DNA of 64,000 nt, taken from assembly GCA_965217775.1 (NCBI GenBank), contig CBDCJH010000002.1, positions 512,001-576,000 on the forward strand, in the 5' to 3' direction. The position numbers and the translations under genes were made by a program. The notes beneath the pieces are model-generated. The model was not told where the DNA came from, made no database searches, and saw nothing but the letters and a program-made list of their open reading frames with translations. Numbering within the stretch: the stretch's first letter is position 1; every line of letters starts with the position of its first letter. The stretch comes from Acidobacteriota bacterium. GTDB lineage: Bacteria; Acidobacteriota; UBA6911; RPQK01; JAJDTT01. Of the stretch, positions 60,791-64,000 are shown in pieces.

Positions 60791-63499
60791 TCAAGGTTCT
60801 TTCCACAGTGGCGCAAGGTCGGACAATGCGAGTTCAACCAACTGGAGCGTGCCGGCGACGTAACTCTCCTTGGCCCCTCCGGGCAGTGCAAAATCCAAGT
60901 CGTACCAGTTGTCACGGACGGCAGGACCGGGGAGGGCCTTGCCCGCGGCAAACGAGGCTGAAGCCGTGGCCAGATATTTCGCCAATTTCTCGAGTGTGGC
61001 GTCGGGGTCATCCAAGGGATACGGTGGGGTCCCCATCCTAGGGAAAACGAGACGCGCGTCCACCCGGGGACGTCCTGCGATCAGTGTCTTCACGGCAAAC
61101 GCGTAGAGGCACCGCTGGAGTTCCGCTCCACGTTTGATCTGTGGAGGACGGCCGTGCAGCTTGCCTGATTTGTAGTCGGTGACCCTCGCATCGCATTTGT
61201 TCCCAGCAAGGTCGAGGCGGTCGATGGATCCACCGATACGCATCTTCGTGCCGGGTATTTCGACTTCGGATCGGGAGTCCCACGGCAAACGGGCACGGTA
61301 TTCGTCGCCCAGGGTCTCCATCCAGGGGCCACCTCCAAAGGGGACTTCCGCCCAACTGTGCTGCCCCGGCAAGGGTTCCTCGTCGAGCATCAATGCCAAC
61401 TGGCCCAATTTCGCCACTTCCTCCAGTTCTCGTCTCCAGATGGCGGGCGGTGGCACGGGGCGAGATTCATCCCACCGGGCTCTCACCACGCTCGTGGAAA
61501 GGAGCACGAACTCTTCTATTTCGTCAGCCGAAGCGGCTGCAAAACCAGGAGCTCCAGGCTCCTCCAGCCGAGTCACAGTCTCTTGGAGGATCTCGTGCAA
61601 GAGGGTGCCGAAAGCGAGCGCGTCCAGGATGAGCGGCTCGTCCGTTTCCTCGGGAGCTCTCCATCCGAACCCATAAGTCCAGAGGTATCCCAACGGGTCA
61701 CGCAGCAGTTTGGCCAATGAAGTCGCGGATTGCCGGCGGTCCAGGGCACGGAGTAGTAGCGGATGATTCTTTCTGATCAGACCGTCGTGGCCGGTCAGTT
61801 CGGAACAATGCCAATCGGTCCAGGTCTGACGGGCCGATCGGGCGCGAGGCCGCCGGCTGAACTCCTGGGGCCGAGCCATCAATCGGTCGCTTTCGCTGGC
61901 GGCGTGCTCCGGCTCCCGACTCTGCGCCAGGTAGGTTTCGCCCAGCCCGTGGGGGTAAAGGGGAGAGACTCCGTTGAGCCGTCCTTCGCTGTTCCGCCGG
62001 GCCCTGGAGCAGACGATTTCGGAATCGGTCAAGCGCAGGATGGTCTCGAAGTCGCGACGATCTGCTTCGTGGACCGGCAGGGGGTCGAGAAGCTCCGCTT
62101 CGATGACGTGATTTGGCAGCAGAGGATCTTCCGCAGCGCGCCGCGGCCAGGAGCGCGAGGTCAGGCCGAGCATCCGGCAGAACGGTCGAGGTGCGGCGGA
62201 AATAGCCGAAGCGGGCCCCCAGACCATGGCGGCGCCGGGCTCGACCTGGTCATCGACTCGCAGCCCGGTCAGGGTGATGTCGAGCGCCGCCGGCGGCCCT
62301 TCCATCAGCGCCTTGCGCCACAATTGGAACGCCCTTCCCACCAGCAGCCCTTCGCCGACGGTCGATGCTTCTTGCAGTCCCTGCGCCAGAGTCCCGATGA
62401 CCTCCTGCAGAAGCGGCCGGCAGTCGCCGTCCGGGGACTCCGATTGGCTCATTTTGTCAATTGCCCGACGCCAACCGGTGGCATCCAACAACGGGGCTTC
62501 CTCCGGCAATGACCGCCACCAATTGCCCGGAAGCGCTTCAAAGCGTTTGTTTCGGGAGCGGAGGAGTGCCGCCAAACGGACGACGCGAGTGCGCGAGAAT
62601 CCGCGCAGCAGGACCTCGGCGAGGGCCGCGGCAAGTTGCCCGTCAGCCGTCGACAGCGCAGCCCGGCCATGAATGAAATGAAGCGGCAGATTGGCCGCTT
62701 CCCCCAAGGCCAGCATGTGATCGTCCCAGTTCTGCGGAGAGGCCGCGGTGATGGCAATCTGCTGGGGCAATGCGCCTCGGGCAAGATGACGCCGAGCCCA
62801 CCGCAGAGCTTCCAAGACCTCGTGGCGTGGACTGGCGCAGGATAGAGCCCGGATCGTGGGGCTTGCCTTTGGAGCTTTCTCCACGTCGATGCCGAATTCG
62901 CGGAGCCAATCTGGCGTCTCCCTCGCCCCGGCTACCCAAACCACTTCCGTTTCGCGGCTGATGAGGGACAGAAGAGGCCGCCAGACCGGAGACATTTCGG
63001 TACGGCCGTGAATCTCGACCCGGCCGAAGATCGCGGGAGCATGAGCTGCACGCTTTGCCGCAGCCTCCGCCAGATCTCGCGGGCGGAGCTGATTGTCTCG
63101 TAGACGGGAGAGCACTTCCCGCTCGAGGATAGCCAGCGAATGGAGTCGAACTCCCGCCGGCTCGCTGGCCGCGTTGGCGGCTTCCTCTTGCAGTATGAGA
63201 CCCGCACTCCACGCCTTGGACAGACTCGCCGCTGCCGCCCGTTGAAAACCAGGCAGCGTCTTGATGCCGTCCAACTCGCCCAGCGGTTCGGAAACGGCTG
63301 ACGCAACCGCGATCTTCAGGGCATCCGGGTCGATGGGTCGCAGGAAGCCTCCGGCCAAACGGGCCGCAAGCTGCTCCATGGTCAGGAGCCCCAGACCCTG
63401 GTCGCCGTCCAAAGCCGCTTGTGTCCGATGACTCCGCCATCCGTAGCGGCTGTGAACCACCAGCGTCTTGCGGACTCTGTTCCTCGACTCTCGGATCAA
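60791..63499 (-). CDS. AddB-like PD-(D/E)xK nuclease family protein
   Basis: Degenerate helicase-like N-terminus; SATSL, FGTLLHEIL, EVPFG, GSIDRLD, DYKSG, LQRCLY. Confidence 0.85.
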   Translation of the reverse strand: MIRESRNRVRKTLVVHSRYGWRSHRTQAALDGDQGLGLLTMEQLAARLAGGFLRPIDPDALKIAVASAVSEPLGELDGIKTLPGFQRAAAASLSKAWSAGLILQEEAANAASEPAGVRLHSLAILEREVLSRLRDNQLRPRDLAEAAAKRAAHAPAIFGRVEIHGRTEMSPVWRPLLSLISRETEVVWVAGARETPDWLREFGIDVEKAPKASPTIRALSCASPRHEVLEALRWARRHLARGALPQQIAITAASPQNWDDHMLALGEAANLPLHFIHGRAALSTADGQLAAALAEVLLRGFSRTRVVRLAALLRSRNKRFEALPGNWWRSLPEEAPLLDATGWRRAIDKMSQSESPDGDCRPLLQEVIGTLAQGLQEASTVGEGLLVGRAFQLWRKALMEGPPAALDITLTGLRVDDQVEPGAAMVWGPASAISAAPRPFCRMLGLTSRSWPRRAAEDPLLPNHVIEAELLDPLPVHEADRRDFETILRLTDSEIVCSRARRNSEGRLNGVSPLYPHGLGETYLAQSREPEHAASESDRLMARPQEFSRRPRARSARQTWTDWHCSELTGHDGLIRKNHPLLLRALDRRQSATSLAKLLRDPLGYLWTYGFGWRAPEETDEPLILDALAFGTLLHEILQETVTRLEEPGAPGFAAASADEIEEFVLLSTSVVRARWDESRPVPPPAIWRRELEEVAKLGQLALMLDEEPLPGQHSWAEVPFGGGPWMETLGDEYRARLPWDSRSEVEIPGTKMRIGGSIDRLDLAGNKCDARVTDYKSGKLHGRPPQIKRGAELQRCLYAFAVKTLIAGRPRVDARLVFPRMGTPPYPLDDPDATLEKLAKYLATASASFAAGKALPGPAVRDNWYDLDFALPGGAKESYVAGTLQLVELALSDLAPLWKEP

Positions 63500-63736
63500 T
63501 GGTTTCGCCTTCCTTACCCGCCAGTAACGTGAGACGGGCCGATAACCCGTGGACAGATTCTACGTGAATCCAAGCCCCGCTACGCCTAAACTACTCGCCT
63601 TTCCTTCCTCCTTTCTCTTTTCTATTCCCTAATACTTGAACGGGACTGCTAAACTGGCCGTCAAAAAGGTGTCGGCGGGAGGCGTGTCCCAGTGCCGGCC
63701 CGAGCAGAAGTCCGGGGCTGGACTCAAACCGGAAGT

Positions 63737-64000
63737 ATGAACCCGAAACTTCGTGCGCTGATGATGTTGGCGTCGATCCTGATGCCGGCGTTTGCAGGAG
63801 TGCCGTTTGCCCAGGAATCGCCCCAGGTGCTTGCCGACCAGTCCCTGGCGGAAGCGGACAAGCACCTGGGCCAAGGTGATCATCAGGCCGCCAGAGAGGC
63901 CATGAGCCAGGCGCTGGCCCTGCACCGGCAGCATGGGATCGAGTTGCCCCCCGGGTTCTATCTCAGATATGGACAGATCCTGAACCTGGGCGGCGCGTCC
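63737..64000 (+). CDS. 5' part of a secreted TPR-like protein (runs off the window)
   Basis: MNPKLRALMMLASILMPAFAGVPFAQESPQ... signal peptide followed by helical segments; open to the window end. Confidence 0.6.
   Translation, partial: MNPKLRALMMLASILMPAFAGVPFAQESPQVLADQSLAEADKHLGQGDHQAAREAMSQALALHRQHGIELPPGFYLRYGQILNLGGAS

Noticed and set aside
60736-61011. N-terminal extension of the UvrD ORF
   Set aside because: It overlaps the upstream nuclease gene; helicase homology starts just after ATG 60735.
63595-63630. Pyrimidine-rich tract
   Set aside because: Short low-complexity intergenic run with no hairpin or periodicity.

Overview
GC-rich bacterial window. It has housekeeping and catabolic genes (tpx, an M28 peptidase, thiC with a TPP riboswitch, a sugar-acid-type aldolase cluster, MlrC, TauE, two PHP-type metallohydrolases, a three-gene RND efflux module, a tartrate/isopropylmalate dehydrogenase-family enzyme) interleaved with probable anti-phage loci. 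The main feature is a ~19 kb minus-strand type 1 BREX operon (brxA-brxB-brxC-pglX-pglZ-brxL, 26885-45925) with cargo in two slots. An HNH nuclease and an AT-rich DUF5677/HEPN-like gene sit between brxC and pglX. A decayed DUF4258 toxin, a YgiT-type zinc finger and three divergent Schlafen/AlbA_2-HATPase genes sit between pglX and pglZ. Manual translation of apparently intergenic DNA in the second slot shows two relics missing from the ORF track. One is a frameshifted second copy of the pglX 3' end. Coupled to it is a PHP-ATPase (TrlF/Ppl-like) gene reduced to about 31 N-terminal and 34 C-terminal codons. Together they suggest cassette-style replacement of the pglX 3' end along with its cargo. 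Further right are a 2007-aa nuclease-STAND (Avs/AVAST-like) gene, an intact FitA-like antitoxin with an internally deleted VapC/FitB toxin, and an AddAB-like helicase/nuclease pair lacking the Fe-S cysteines. A ~159-bp hairpin MITE occurs as two full copies and three end fragments, mostly at gene boundaries. No rRNA, tRNA, CRISPR array, integrase or transposase was seen. All family calls come from motif recognition by eye; no database searches were run.
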